Notes under the pieces: generated by a model | Told to the model about the DNA's origin: nothing | The model's database searches: none | Seen by the model: the letters and a program-made list of their open reading frames with translations, nothing else | Assembly: GCA_963713215.1 (NCBI GenBank) | Contig: CAVQKY010000005.1 | Coordinates: 823,151-887,150 of the forward strand | DNA length: 64,000 nucleotides | Direction: 5' to 3' | Source: an uncultured Pseudomonadota bacterium | GTDB lineage: Bacteria > Pseudomonadota > Gammaproteobacteria > Steroidobacterales > Woeseiaceae | Position numbers and translations under genes: made by a program | Shown here: one piece after another, positions 36,479 through 46,024 of the stretch | Layout: each line of letters begins with the position of its first letter | Position numbering within the stretch: position 1 is the first letter of the stretch

Positions 36479-36616
36479 GACGCGCTCCTTCCCCGTCGCC
36501 GGCAACGCCCGGCGCTGTGTGAGTCCCGTCGAGACGGTAGCATAGTGCCGGGCGCCGCGTCGTTAAGCCCCGGCACGGCGAATCCCGGGCCGTGGCGGCG
36601 CATATCGACCCCGGCT

Positions 36617-36660
36617 GTAACCGCTATGTAACCGCTATGTAACCGCTTTGTGACCTCCGC
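36617..36660. repeat. 3 exact/near-exact plus 1 degenerate 11-bp phased direct repeats (GTAACCGCTAT); probable transcription-factor binding array
   Basis: GTAACCGCTAT (36617..36627), GTAACCGCTAT (36628..36638), GTAACCGCTTT (36639..36649), GTGACCTCCGC (36650..36660). Lies in the divergent promoter region between 36478 (-) and 36681 (+). Confidence 0.75.
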
Positions 36661-36680
36661 GAGACCCGCTGCGCCCTAGC

Positions 36681-38510
36681 ATGACCCACATGTCCGCCGT
36701 CGAACCGCATGCCGTCGTCGCCATACTGCTCGCCTGTACGGCGATTTTTTTCTACACCCGCGAGCGAATCCCGCTCGAGTCATCGAGTCTCGGCATTCTC
36801 GCGTTCATCCTGGTCTGGTTTGAACTCTTCGACATCCAAGCGAACGGCGAACGTGTCCGTGCGGGCGATTTCCTTGCAGGATTCGGCAACGAGGCACTGC
36901 TCACCATCATGTCGCTGATCGTCCTGACGCGCGGACTGGAGGTGACGCAGGCGCTGCAGCCGGTCGGCGCGGTCCTCGCCCGCCTGTGGCGCGTCCGCCC
37001 CCGTTTCGCGTTCCTGCTCACGATGGTGACGGCGGCGGTGCTCAGCATGTTCATCAACAACACGCCGGTCGTGGCGGCGCTCATGCCCTTGCTCCTCGTG
37101 GTGTCGCTGCAGGTTGGAATCTCCCCGTCCCGGGTCCTCATGCCCATCGGATTTGCCACCATCGTAGGCGGCATGGCGACGACGATCGGCACGTCGACCA
37201 ATCTCCTGGTCGTCTCCATCGCCAGGGACATGGGTGTGGCCGAAATGTCGATGTTCCACTTTGCGCCGCCCGTACTCTTCGTCGGAACCTTCGCAATCCT
37301 TTACCTGTGGCTCGCGGCCCCGAAGCTGCTCCCGGACCGTGCCCCACCCATGAAAAACTTCGCACCGCGCCTGTTCGACTCCCGCCTGCGCATCGGGGAA
37401 CAGCCGGAGGAAAACGGCGTGTCCCTGTCCGAGGCGATTGCAAAGACCGGCGGCCGCATGCGCGTGAGCCGTCTTGTCCGCGGCAAGCTTGAGCTCGCGC
37501 GACTCCCGTCGCAGATATTGCGCAGCGGCGACTACCTGCACGTAAACGACACGCTGGAAAATCTGCTGGAGTTTGCGCGAGTGCTCGGCGCGACGGTTCT
37601 TCCGGTCGGCGACGAGCGTCCGGTCGATACGGAAAATCCGCTGGAGAGCCGCGAGCACCTCGCGGAATTGGTGGTCATGCGCGGCTCGCCGCTCGAACAG
37701 ACGACGCTCGCGGCGAGCCGGATCCTGTCCCGTTACGGGTTGAGCCTTCTGGCACTGCACCGGCCGAACATCGAAGCGGCTGCCGAGCCGGAGCGGCTCA
37801 AGAACACGCCGCTGCATGCCGGGGACGTCATCGTGCTGCAGGGCGGGCAGGCCGGCCTCGAACGCCTGAAGCGGAGCGGCATGGCGGTGGTGCTCGACGG
37901 CAACATCAGCTTGCCGCGCCCGGCGAAAGCCACGCTGGCGTTTGCGATCATGCTGGGCGTCGTGCTCAGTGCGGCGATCGGTCTCCTGAAGATCTCACAG
38001 GCGGCTTTTTTCGGTGTCGGACTCATGCTGCTGACGCGGTGCCTCGGCTGGAAGGACATGCGCGACGCGATGGACCGTGGCATCATTCTGGTCATCGTCG
38101 CGAGTCTCGCGCTCGGTCTCGCGATGACCGCGACCGGTGCGGCCGAGCTGGTTGCCGGCGCGTATGTCTCGCTGCTCGGCGATATGCCCGTCTGGGTCGC
38201 GTTGTCGGGGCTGATTCTCGTCATGGCGCTGTTGACGGAGGTCGTAACGAACAATGCGGTGGCGGTACTCGGGACGCCCATCGCCATAGGGATCGCAAAG
38301 GCGCTCGATGCACCGATGGAGCCCTTCGTATTGGCCGTGCTGTTCGGTGCGAACATGAGTTACATGACCCCGGTCGGCTACCAGACGAACCTCCTGGTGA
38401 TGAATGCGGGCGGCTACCGATTCTCGGATTTCCTGCGCGCCGGGGTGCCGCTGCAGCTCATCATGTGGATCGGCCTCTCGGCCATCATGCCAGCGATATA
38501 CGATCTTTAA
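36681..38510 (+). CDS. SLC13/DASS-family anion permease with two internal TrkA-C domains
   Basis: ORF 36681..38510. Many TM segments flank two TrkA_C-like inserts (RVSRLVRGKLELARLPSQILRSGDYLHVND.. and LAELVVMRGSPLEQTTL..LHAGDVIVLQGG). Confidence 0.8.
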   Translation: MTHMSAVEPHAVVAILLACTAIFFYTRERIPLESSSLGILAFILVWFELFDIQANGERVRAGDFLAGFGNEALLTIMSLIVLTRGLEVTQALQPVGAVLARLWRVRPRFAFLLTMVTAAVLSMFINNTPVVAALMPLLLVVSLQVGISPSRVLMPIGFATIVGGMATTIGTSTNLLVVSIARDMGVAEMSMFHFAPPVLFVGTFAILYLWLAAPKLLPDRAPPMKNFAPRLFDSRLRIGEQPEENGVSLSEAIAKTGGRMRVSRLVRGKLELARLPSQILRSGDYLHVNDTLENLLEFARVLGATVLPVGDERPVDTENPLESREHLAELVVMRGSPLEQTTLAASRILSRYGLSLLALHRPNIEAAAEPERLKNTPLHAGDVIVLQGGQAGLERLKRSGMAVVLDGNISLPRPAKATLAFAIMLGVVLSAAIGLLKISQAAFFGVGLMLLTRCLGWKDMRDAMDRGIILVIVASLALGLAMTATGAAELVAGAYVSLLGDMPVWVALSGLILVMALLTEVVTNNAVAVLGTPIAIGIAKALDAPMEPFVLAVLFGANMSYMTPVGYQTNLLVMNAGGYRFSDFLRAGVPLQLIMWIGLSAIMPAIYDL

Positions 38511-38527
38511 GCTGAGGACTCAAGAAA

Positions 38528-38604
38528 TGGTGGGCCCGCCAGGACTCGAACCTGGGACCAAGAGATTATGAGTCTCCTGCTCTAACCAACTGAGCTACAG
38601 GCCC
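38528..38604 (-). tRNA. ileX: tRNA with CAU anticodon, probably tRNA-Ile2 (lysidine type) rather than elongator Met
   Basis: Reverse complement GGGCCTGTAGCTCAGTTGGTTAGAGCAGGAGACTCATAATCTCTTGGTCCCAGGTTCGAGTCCTGGCGGGCCCACCA folds as a cloverleaf (7-bp acceptor, GCTC/GAGC, GGAGA/TCTCT, CCAGG/CCTGG), encoded CCA. C4-G69 and C5-G68, the anticodon stem and TGGTC variable loop resemble E. coli ileX, which also lies downstream of rpoD. Confidence 0.9.
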
Positions 38605-38645
38605 GACCGGGGTGCGCAATTCAAACTATGAGACGGCAGTGGCTC

Positions 38646-40454
38646 TCAGTCCTCCAGCAGGAAGCTCCTCAGCTGGTCCGAGCGCGTCGGATGCCTGAGC
38701 TTGCGCAGTGCCTTCGCTTCTATCTGCCGGATGCGCTCGCGCGTGACATCGAACTGTTTGCCTACTTCCTCGAGCGTGTGGTCCGTGTTCATGTCGATGC
38801 CGAAGCGCATGCGCAGGACTTTCGCTTCTCGAGGCGTAAGGCCGGCGAGCACCGCGTGAGTCGTCTCCTTTAGACCTTGCGAAGTCGCCGAGTCCACCGG
38901 CGAGTGCACCGTCGTGTCTTCGATGAAATCGCCGAGATGCGAGTCCTCGTCGTCGCCGATCGGTGTTTCCATCGAAATCGGCTCCTTCGCGATCTTCAGG
39001 ACCTTGCGGACCTTGTCCTCCGGCATCTCCATGCGTTCGGCCAACTCGTCCGGCAGCGGCTCGCGTCCCATTTCCTGCAGCATCTGCCGCGAGATCCGGT
39101 TGAGCTTGTTGATCGTTTCGATCATGTGCACAGGGATCCGGATCGTGCGCGCCTGGTCGGCGATCGATCGGGTTATTGCCTGGCGAATCCACCATGTCGC
39201 ATAGGTCGAAAACTTGTAGCCGCGGCGGTATTCGAACTTGTCGACCGCTTTCATCAGGCCGATGTTGCCTTCCTGTATCAGGTCCAGGAACTGGAGGCCG
39301 CGGTTCGTGTACTTTTTCGCGATCGAGATGACGAGACGCAGGTTCGCCTCGACCATCTCCTTCTTGGCCCGCCGGGCCTTGGCCTCGCCGATTGACATCT
39401 GCCGGTTGATTTCCTTGATCTCGGCGATCGAAAGTTTCGTTTCGTCCTCGATGGTCACCAACTTGCGCTGCGCGCGCAGGATGTCGTCTTTTAGCTTCGC
39501 GAGAATAGACGAGTGCTTGCGCTTCGCCCGGATGTGCTTGTCGACCCAGTGGAGGTCGGTTTCGCTCTTCGGGAAACTTGCGAGAAAATCCTTGCGCGGC
39601 ATTTGGGCATCCCGCACACAGATGCGCATGACGAGTCGTTCCTGTGTCCGGATGATCGTAACGACGTCACGAAGATCCTTGACGAGCACGTCGAAGAGTT
39701 TGGGCGCGAGCTTGAGCTCCATCAACTGGTCTGCCGCTTCGGCCTGGGCCTTGGCGGTACGCTTGTCGCGGTAACCGTGATCAGCAATTGCTTTCAGTAC
39801 CTTCGCATGCAGCCGGCGAATGAGCTTGAAGCGCTCCCTGACCTCTTCCGGGTCCGGGCCGGTGTCTACGGGTTCCTCGCTGTCGGCCGCCTCGGCTTCT
39901 TCCGCCTTTTGCTGAGGCGACTTGATCTCGTCCGGTTCGTTGGGGTCGATGAAACCGACGAGCAGATCCTGCATCCGGGTTTCGCCCGCCAGCACATCGT
40001 CCGCTACCGCCACGAGAGTTTCGACGGTCGGCGGGAAGTGCGCCATGTGCCACTTCACCTGGTTCAGGCCGTCCTCGATACGTTTGGCAATCTCGATTTC
40101 GCCCTGCCGGGTAAGCAGTTCCACGGTACCCATCTCGCGCATGTACATCCGCACCGGGTCCGTCGTCCGCCCGAATTCAGCGTCCACACTGGCGAGAGCG
40201 GCTTCCGCTTCCTCTACGGCCTCGTCGTCGGTCGCAGCGGCGTCCGACAATACGAGCGACTCGGCGTCCGGTGCTTTTTCATGCACCATGATGCCCATAT
40301 CGTTGATCATGTTGACGATGTCTTCGATCTGTTCCGGATCGACGATATCGTTCGGCAGATGGTCGTTGACCTCCGCATAAGTCAGGTAGCCCTGCTCCTT
40401 GCCACGGGCAATCAGGTCCTTCAGTTGCTGGACCTGTTTGTTGCCGCCGATCAT
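38646..40454 (-). CDS. rpoD: RNA polymerase sigma factor RpoD (sigma70)
   Basis: ORF 38646..40502, start at [34 protein letters not shown] (40454). Regions 2-4 are unmistakable ([27 protein letters not shown], ..[30 protein letters not shown]). Confidence 0.95.
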   Translation of the reverse strand: MIGGNKQVQQLKDLIARGKEQGYLTYAEVNDHLPNDIVDPEQIEDIVNMINDMGIMVHEKAPDAESLVLSDAAATDDEAVEEAEAALASVDAEFGRTTDPVRMYMREMGTVELLTRQGEIEIAKRIEDGLNQVKWHMAHFPPTVETLVAVADDVLAGETRMQDLLVGFIDPNEPDEIKSPQQKAEEAEAADSEEPVDTGPDPEEVRERFKLIRRLHAKVLKAIADHGYRDKRTAKAQAEAADQLMELKLAPKLFDVLVKDLRDVVTIIRTQERLVMRICVRDAQMPRKDFLASFPKSETDLHWVDKHIRAKRKHSSILAKLKDDILRAQRKLVTIEDETKLSIAEIKEINRQMSIGEAKARRAKKEMVEANLRLVISIAKKYTNRGLQFLDLIQEGNIGLMKAVDKFEYRRGYKFSTYATWWIRQAITRSIADQARTIRIPVHMIETINKLNRISRQMLQEMGREPLPDELAERMEMPEDKVRKVLKIAKEPISMETPIGDDEDSHLGDFIEDTTVHSPVDSATSQGLKETTHAVLAGLTPREAKVLRMRFGIDMNTDHTLEEVGKQFDVTRERIRQIEAKALRKLRHPTRSDQLRSFLLED

Positions 40455-40562
40455 TGCTCGTTTTTCGCTCAAGACGAAACGACCTCCGGTGAAAAAATGC
40501 AAACGACCAATTGTACTGAAACAACCGGGCCCTATCTACGGATTAATGCCCGAACCCGGTAC

Positions 40563-42311
40563 TCACACGAGTTGCCTGAGCTCCGCCTTCTCGTCCTCGC
40601 TCAGCGAGCCAAGGCGTTGTTTTTCAATTAAAAAATCCACATGCTCGCGGCGGCCGGCAGCCGCCAGCTGGTCGAGGCACGCGTGCAGCTCGGCTGCCGG
40701 ATCGAACTCTTCATCGGCAGGCAGGGCCGCGGCTGCGAGCTTGCCGAGGTGCGAGGCGGCGTCGTCATGGCGCCAGCGTTCGAGAAGGCCAGCCGTCGTG
40801 ATATTGGGTTCGCGCTGCACGGTTTCAATCAGGGTCTGCAACAGTTCCACGCCGGGCCGCGTCACCCCGGCGAGCTTCTCGACATCCAGGTTTTCCGCTG
40901 CCGGCGGATGGTTTAGCAATAGCGTTATCGCCCGTCGTACCACTGAAGGGCGATTGCCGAGCGCTGTCGCGCGCGAGCGCCGCGCGGCGGCCATCCGACC
41001 CGGCCGGTCGCGTGCTGCAAGCGGCCGATCGGCCTGTCCGAGATTGCGCGCCAGCTGCTCGGACGACAGTCCGACCCGGTTCGCGAGTGACGCCATCAAC
41101 AAATCGCGATAGATACCCGGCGGAATTTTCGCGACCAGTGGCCTGGCCTGCTCGGCAAGCCGTGCCTTGCCATCGACGGTCGAGATATCGTTCTGGCTCG
41201 CGAGTTCGCCCAGCAGGAACTCCGACAGCGGCATGCCGTCATGCACCTGCCGGACGAATGCGTCTGCGCCGTGCTCGTTTACGTACGAATCGGGATCGTG
41301 CTGCGCCGGCAGGAAAACGAAGCGTAGCTGGCGGCCTTCCCGCAGATGCGGCAGCGACGTCTCCAGCGCGCGCCACGCCGCCTTCCGGCCGGCGTCATCG
41401 CCGTCAAAGCAGAACACGACGTCATCGCAGAGGCGAAACAAGCGATTGAGGTGCTCCGGTGTCGTCGCCGTCCCGAGGGTCGCAACGGCGAAATCGATGC
41501 CGTGCCGTGCCAGTGCGACGACGTCCATGTAGCCTTCGACCACGACCAGGCGGTCGATCTGCCGCAAAGCCTGGCGCGCTTCCCAAAGACCGTACAGCTC
41601 ACGGCCCTTGTGAAATAACACCGTCTCAGGTGAATTGAGATACTTCGGTTCGCCGTCGCCGAGCGCCCTGCCGCCAAAGCCGATGCAGCGGCCCCGCGCG
41701 TCGCGGATCGGAAACATGATCCGGTCGCGGAAACGGTCGTAATGACGGCCATTGTCCTTGCGGATCACGAGTCCCGCAGCCAGTAAGCGTTCGATTGCGC
41801 CCTCCGAGGTCCCCAGCCGGTCGAGGAGGCTGCTCCAGCCGTCGCTGGCGTAGCCGACACCGAATCGCTGTGCGGTCGCACCGTCGATACCCCGGCTTTT
41901 CAGGTAATCGACGGCGTGCGGCGTTTCCCGCAGGGTCTTCTGCCAAAGTTTCTCTGCTTGCCCCAACAGATCGAACAATGCGTCGTACCGCTGTGCGGGG
42001 CGTTCGCCGTCCTGGCGCGGCACGTCGACTCCCATTGCCGCGGCGAGGCTTTCGACGGCCTCGACAAAGTCCATGTGTTCAAATGCCATCAGGAAGCCGA
42101 TTGCCGTGCCGTGGGCGCCGCAGCCAAAGCAGTGGTAAAAGCCGCGGTTTGGCACGACCGTGAACGAGGGGGTCTTTTCGTCGTGGAACGGGCAGCAGGC
42201 CTTGAACTCCCGGCCCGCTTTCTTCAGCGACACACGACGGCCGACAACCTCGACGATGTCAGCGCGATCGACGAGGTCGTTGATAAAATCCTGTGCGATC
42301 AATCCGGCCAT
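40563..42311 (-). CDS. dnaG: DNA primase
   Basis: ORF 40563..42455, start at MAGLIAQDFINDLVDRADIVEVV (42311). Zinc finger CCPFHDEKTPSFTV..YHCFGCGAHG, TOPRIM VVVEGYMDVVAL. Confidence 0.95.
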   Translation of the reverse strand: MAGLIAQDFINDLVDRADIVEVVGRRVSLKKAGREFKACCPFHDEKTPSFTVVPNRGFYHCFGCGAHGTAIGFLMAFEHMDFVEAVESLAAAMGVDVPRQDGERPAQRYDALFDLLGQAEKLWQKTLRETPHAVDYLKSRGIDGATAQRFGVGYASDGWSSLLDRLGTSEGAIERLLAAGLVIRKDNGRHYDRFRDRIMFPIRDARGRCIGFGGRALGDGEPKYLNSPETVLFHKGRELYGLWEARQALRQIDRLVVVEGYMDVVALARHGIDFAVATLGTATTPEHLNRLFRLCDDVVFCFDGDDAGRKAAWRALETSLPHLREGRQLRFVFLPAQHDPDSYVNEHGADAFVRQVHDGMPLSEFLLGELASQNDISTVDGKARLAEQARPLVAKIPPGIYRDLLMASLANRVGLSSEQLARNLGQADRPLAARDRPGRMAAARRSRATALGNRPSVVRRAITLLLNHPPAAENLDVEKLAGVTRPGVELLQTLIETVQREPNITTAGLLERWRHDDAASHLGKLAAAALPADEEFDPAAELHACLDQLAAAGRREHVDFLIEKQRLGSLSEDEKAELRQLV

Positions 42312-42458
42312 ACCACTCTTACGCCAGCACCCGCGCGACGGGTCTGCCCCGGTCCTGCTCGATTGCCGGGGACGGTCCATTAGACCGGAAATACCGGCAA
42401 AAATTGCCGGATCCGTCAAGCATAGCGTCTCCGGGCAGAACTGCCAGACAGGCAAATT

Positions 42459-42908
42459 TCAGGCCAAACGGGATTTGACGCGTGCGCCGACGATGGCCAT
42501 GTCCGCCCGGCCTGATGCGGACGCCTTGATGGCCGCCATTACACGGCCCATGTCGCGTACGCTCCCGGCTCCCGTCTCCTCTATCGCTTGCGCGATCAAC
42601 AGGTCGAGCTCCCGGTCGCTGAGGGGCTCGGGCAGGTAACTCGCGATGAGTTCGAGTTCAGCCAGTTCGATGTCGGCGAGGTCCTGCCGGCCACCCCGCG
42701 AGAACTGCTCGATCGAGTCGCGGCGTTGCTTTACGGCTTTCTCGATGACCGACAGCGTCTCGGCATCATCGAGCTCCTTGCGGGTGTCCACCTCGACGCG
42801 CTTGAGATCCGCAAGCAACAGGCGCAAGACCCGCAGCCGGTTCTTTTCGCCGGCCTTCATAGCGAGTTTCATGTCCTCGGTAAGGCGGGTTTTCAGCGTG
42901 CTGCTCAT
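42459..42908 (-). CDS. yqeY: GatB/YqeY domain protein
   Basis: ORF 42459..42908, ~149 aa, MSSTLKTRLTEDMKLAMKAGEK..RRDSIEQF pattern. Lies between rpsU and dnaG, as in many gammaproteobacteria. Confidence 0.85.
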   Translation of the reverse strand: MSSTLKTRLTEDMKLAMKAGEKNRLRVLRLLLADLKRVEVDTRKELDDAETLSVIEKAVKQRRDSIEQFSRGGRQDLADIELAELELIASYLPEPLSDRELDLLIAQAIEETGAGSVRDMGRVMAAIKASASGRADMAIVGARVKSRLA

Positions 42909-42980
42909 GAGATTCCCGGGACGCCGCGAGGCGGCGAGGTGTGTTGCGACACGTGTTGCCGCGCTCGCGGCCGGTGTGCG

Positions 42981-43196
42981 TCAATACAGGCGCTTGCGCT
43001 TGGAATCTTCCCTGGAGAGACGCTTCAGGTGCCGCTTCACGGCAGCCGCTTTCTTGCGCTTACGTTCCTGGGTCGGCTTTTCATAGAACTCGCGGCGACG
43101 CAACTCGGTGAGAACGCCGGCTTTTTCGCACGCCCGCTTGAAACGGCGCAGGGCAGCGTCGAAATATTCGTTCTCTTTGACTCGTACACTCGGCAT
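42981..43196 (-). CDS. rpsU: 30S ribosomal protein S21
   Basis: In-frame ATG 43196 of ORF 42981..43499. [60 protein letters not shown], 71 aa. Confidence 0.95.
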   Translation of the reverse strand: MPSVRVKENEYFDAALRRFKRACEKAGVLTELRRREFYEKPTQERKRKKAAAVKRHLKRLSREDSKRKRLY

Positions 43197-43327
43197 GGGT
43201 ACCCACACATCCTTTGGCCAAAAAATAATCCCAGCGCGGGGCCGGGACACAGAGCAGGGCATTTTACCGGCTAATAATCGCAATTGCCAAGGGGAATCCG
43301 CGGGAACTGCGATAAACTGCGCGCCAT

Positions 43328-44362
43328 ATGAAGGTGCTCGGCATTGAAACCAGCTGTGACGAGACCGGCGTCGCCGTCTACGACACCGACCGTGGCCTGC
43401 TGGCCCACGGCCTGCACAGCCAGGTGGACCTGCACGCGATGTACGGCGGTGTAGTGCCGGAAATTGCGTCCCGGGACCACCTGCGCCGCATCGTTCCACT
43501 CATCCGGCAGGTGCTTTCCGACGCTGAAACCCGGCGGCCTGACGCAATCGCCTACACCGCCGGCCCGGGCCTGGTCGGCGCCCTGATGGTCGGCGGCGGA
43601 ATGGCGGGCGGCCTCGGACTTGCCTGGAATTGCCCCGTGGTTCCCGTACACCACATGGAAGCGCATTTGCTTGCACCCATGCTCGAGGAACGGCCACCCG
43701 ATTACCCGTTCCTGGCGCTCCTTGTCTCCGGCGGGCATACGATGCTGGTTGCGGTTCGAGGCCTCGGCGATTATGCGGTGCTCGGAACGACACTCGATGA
43801 CGCCGCCGGGGAGGCCTTCGACAAGACTGCAAAGCTTCTGGGCCTCGGTTATCCCGGCGGCCCTGCGCTGGCCGCGCTCGCCGAAGTCGGCGACGAGACG
43901 GCGATCGACCTGCCGCGGCCGATGCTCAACCGCCCGGGCTTCGACTTCAGTTTCTCCGGCCTCAAGACGGCTGTCATGCAGGCTGTGCAGGCTGCGGAAG
44001 CCGCTGGCCGGCTTGCGGACCGCCGGGCCGATATTGCGGCGTCGTTTCAGCGGGCAGCCGTGGATACGCTCGTCGGCCGCTCCCTCCAGGCGGCCCGCGC
44101 AGAGGGCCTCTCGCGCATCGTCGTGGCCGGCGGGGTTGGCGCCAACCGACTGCTCCGCAGCGAGATCGCCAGCCGTTTCGACGGGACCGTGTACTATCCG
44201 AGGCTCGCGTTTTGTACGGACAACGGCGCGATGATTGCGATCGCCGGCGCCCTGCGACTGGCCGATGCAGGCGAGGCCGGCGAAATCCGCGCCCGCGCGC
44301 GCTGGTCGCTGGAATCGCTGGCGCCGCCGGGAGTCGAGCGTAAGGCGCGTCCGGACGAGTAA
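43328..44362 (+). CDS. tsaD: tRNA N6-adenosine threonylcarbamoyltransferase
   Basis: ORF 43328..44362. [19 protein letters not shown].., [15 protein letters not shown]. Divergent from rpsU, as is usual. Confidence 0.95.
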   Translation: MKVLGIETSCDETGVAVYDTDRGLLAHGLHSQVDLHAMYGGVVPEIASRDHLRRIVPLIRQVLSDAETRRPDAIAYTAGPGLVGALMVGGGMAGGLGLAWNCPVVPVHHMEAHLLAPMLEERPPDYPFLALLVSGGHTMLVAVRGLGDYAVLGTTLDDAAGEAFDKTAKLLGLGYPGGPALAALAEVGDETAIDLPRPMLNRPGFDFSFSGLKTAVMQAVQAAEAAGRLADRRADIAASFQRAAVDTLVGRSLQAARAEGLSRIVVAGGVGANRLLRSEIASRFDGTVYYPRLAFCTDNGAMIAIAGALRLADAGEAGEIRARARWSLESLAPPGVERKARPDE

Positions 44363-44366
44363 TCGC

Positions 44367-44732
44367 ATGGACATTATCTTCTTGCACGATCTGCGCGTCG
44401 ACGCGGTAATCGGCATCTGGGCGTGGGAGCGCCGCATTCGCCAGACCGTCGTCATCGACCTCGACATGGCCGTGGACATCAGGCGAGCCGCCCGGAGCGA
44501 TTCGATCGAAGATACGCTGAACTACAAGCAGGTGGCCAAACGCGTGCAGCAGTTCACATCGGACTCCGAGTTCCAGCTCGTGGAAACGCTGGCGGAGCGG
44601 ATCGCCGACATCGTCCTCCGCGAGTTTGGCGTGCCCTGGGTGCGCGTGAGCATCTGCAAACCCGGTGCAATACGCGGGGCCCGGGACGTCGGGGTGAGGA
44701 TCGAACGAGGACGCGCGACGGATGGCGCGTGA
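44367..44732 (+). CDS. folB: dihydroneopterin aldolase
   Basis: In-frame ATG 44367 of ORF 44235..44732. MDIIFLHDLRVDAVIGIWAWERRIRQ..DTLNYKQV..LVETLAERIA. Confidence 0.85.
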   Translation: MDIIFLHDLRVDAVIGIWAWERRIRQTVVIDLDMAVDIRRAARSDSIEDTLNYKQVAKRVQQFTSDSEFQLVETLAERIADIVLREFGVPWVRVSICKPGAIRGARDVGVRIERGRATDGA

Positions 44733-45231
44733 TGCCGGGGAACCCGCCCGCGTCTACCTGGGTCTCGGCAGCAACATCAACCCCGAGGAAAACCTGCGGC
44801 TCGGCGTCCGTGAGCTCAGCTTTTGCTACGGCACGCTCGATCTCTCCCCGGTCTACCGGAGTCACCCCGTCGGTTTCGCGGGGGACGATTTTCTCAACAT
44901 GGTCGTCGGCCTCGACACCCGGGAGGGAGTCGCCGCCATCCGCGAGGAAATCGACAGGATTCACGAGCGTGCCGGGCGTGATCGCGGCAGCGGACGATTC
45001 GTCTCGCGGCCGCTCGACATCGACCTCCTGCTATATGACGACGAAGTCCTGCACCGGCCGGGTTGCCGCATTCCGCGCCCGGACATTCTCGAGTACAGCT
45101 TTGTGCTGAGACCGCTGGCCGAACTCGACCCCGAACTCCGCCATCCGGAAACCGGCAAGACGATGCGCGAGCACTGGGGCGCGTTTGCTGCCGAGACACA
45201 TCCCCTCGTCATTGTGCCGCTGGTGTTCTGA
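44722..45231 (+). CDS. folK: 6-hydroxymethyl-7,8-dihydropterin pyrophosphokinase
   Basis: ORF 44722..45231. VYLGLGSNI..PRPLDIDLLLYDD..HPR pattern. Overlaps folB by 11 nt. Confidence 0.85.
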   Translation: MARDAGEPARVYLGLGSNINPEENLRLGVRELSFCYGTLDLSPVYRSHPVGFAGDDFLNMVVGLDTREGVAAIREEIDRIHERAGRDRGSGRFVSRPLDIDLLLYDDEVLHRPGCRIPRPDILEYSFVLRPLAELDPELRHPETGKTMREHWGAFAAETHPLVIVPLVF

Positions 45232-45234
45232 CGC

Positions 45235-46002
45235 CTACCAGCCGATCGAGCGCCCGCCGTCCACCGCAATGATCTGGCCTGTGACATATTCGGCGCGCAC
45301 CAGGTACAGGACACAGCCGGCAATATCCTCAGGCCGTCCGCTCTGCTCCAGTGGCACCTGGTCGAGAATCTGGCGGCGCACTGTCTCGCTTATGCCGTTT
45401 TCCGGCCACAGTATCGCGCCCGGCGCGACGCCATTGACACGCACCGCCGGTGCGAGATCTTTCGCAAGCGCCCGCGTAAGCATAGCGAGCCCCGCTTTCG
45501 CGCTTCCGTAGACGGCGTGGTGTCGCAGCGGCCGTTGTGCGTGGATGTCGATGATATTAACGATGCTCCCGCGGCGTTCGGCGAGCTCCGGCGCCGCGGC
45601 CTGCGCGAGGAACAGGGGGGCTTTAAGGTTCGTTCCGACGAGATCGTCCCAGGCGTTCTCATCGACCTGGCCGATCGGCGTCGGGTAAAAGCTCGACGCA
45701 TTGTTGACCAGGATATCGAGGCGGCCCGCCCAGTCGACCGCGGCATTGACGAAGCCCGGCAGGGCCGCGGTGTCGAGCAGATCCGCCCCGAGCGCCAGTG
45801 CCGAACCTCTGCGAGCGCCATTCAGTCGCGCAGCGAGCGCCAGGGCATCGGACGACGAGCTGCGGTAGTGAATGACGACCCGGGCGCCGGCCGCATGCAG
45901 GCCCGTCGCGATCGCGCATCCGATCCGCCGCGCCGCACCGGTTACCAGCGCTGTCTTTCCCTCGAGCGTCGTCACTCGTCCGTTCCTGTCATTGGCCGGC
46001 AT
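45235..46002 (-). CDS. pteridine reductase (PTR1/FolM-like SDR)
   Basis: Start at MPANDR (46002) in ORF 45235..46074. ALVTGAARRIG, NNASSFYPTP (PTR1 hallmark), YGSAKAG. Confidence 0.7.
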   Translation of the reverse strand: MPANDRNGRVTTLEGKTALVTGAARRIGCAIATGLHAAGARVVIHYRSSSSDALALAARLNGARRGSALALGADLLDTAALPGFVNAAVDWAGRLDILVNNASSFYPTPIGQVDENAWDDLVGTNLKAPLFLAQAAAPELAERRGSIVNIIDIHAQRPLRHHAVYGSAKAGLAMLTRALAKDLAPAVRVNGVAPGAILWPENGISETVRRQILDQVPLEQSGRPEDIAGCVLYLVRAEYVTGQIIAVDGGRSIGW

Positions 46003-46024
46003 TTTGAAAGACAATAATCGCAAC

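Noticed and set aside
36617-36660. CRISPR-like array
   Set aside because: The repeats are only 11 bp and directly abut with no spacers, and there are no cas genes in the window.
38511-38645. Genomic island or integrase at the tRNA
   Set aside because: The tRNA is flanked directly by rpoD and the SLC13 permease. I see no integrase, direct repeat of the tRNA 3' end, or compositional break.
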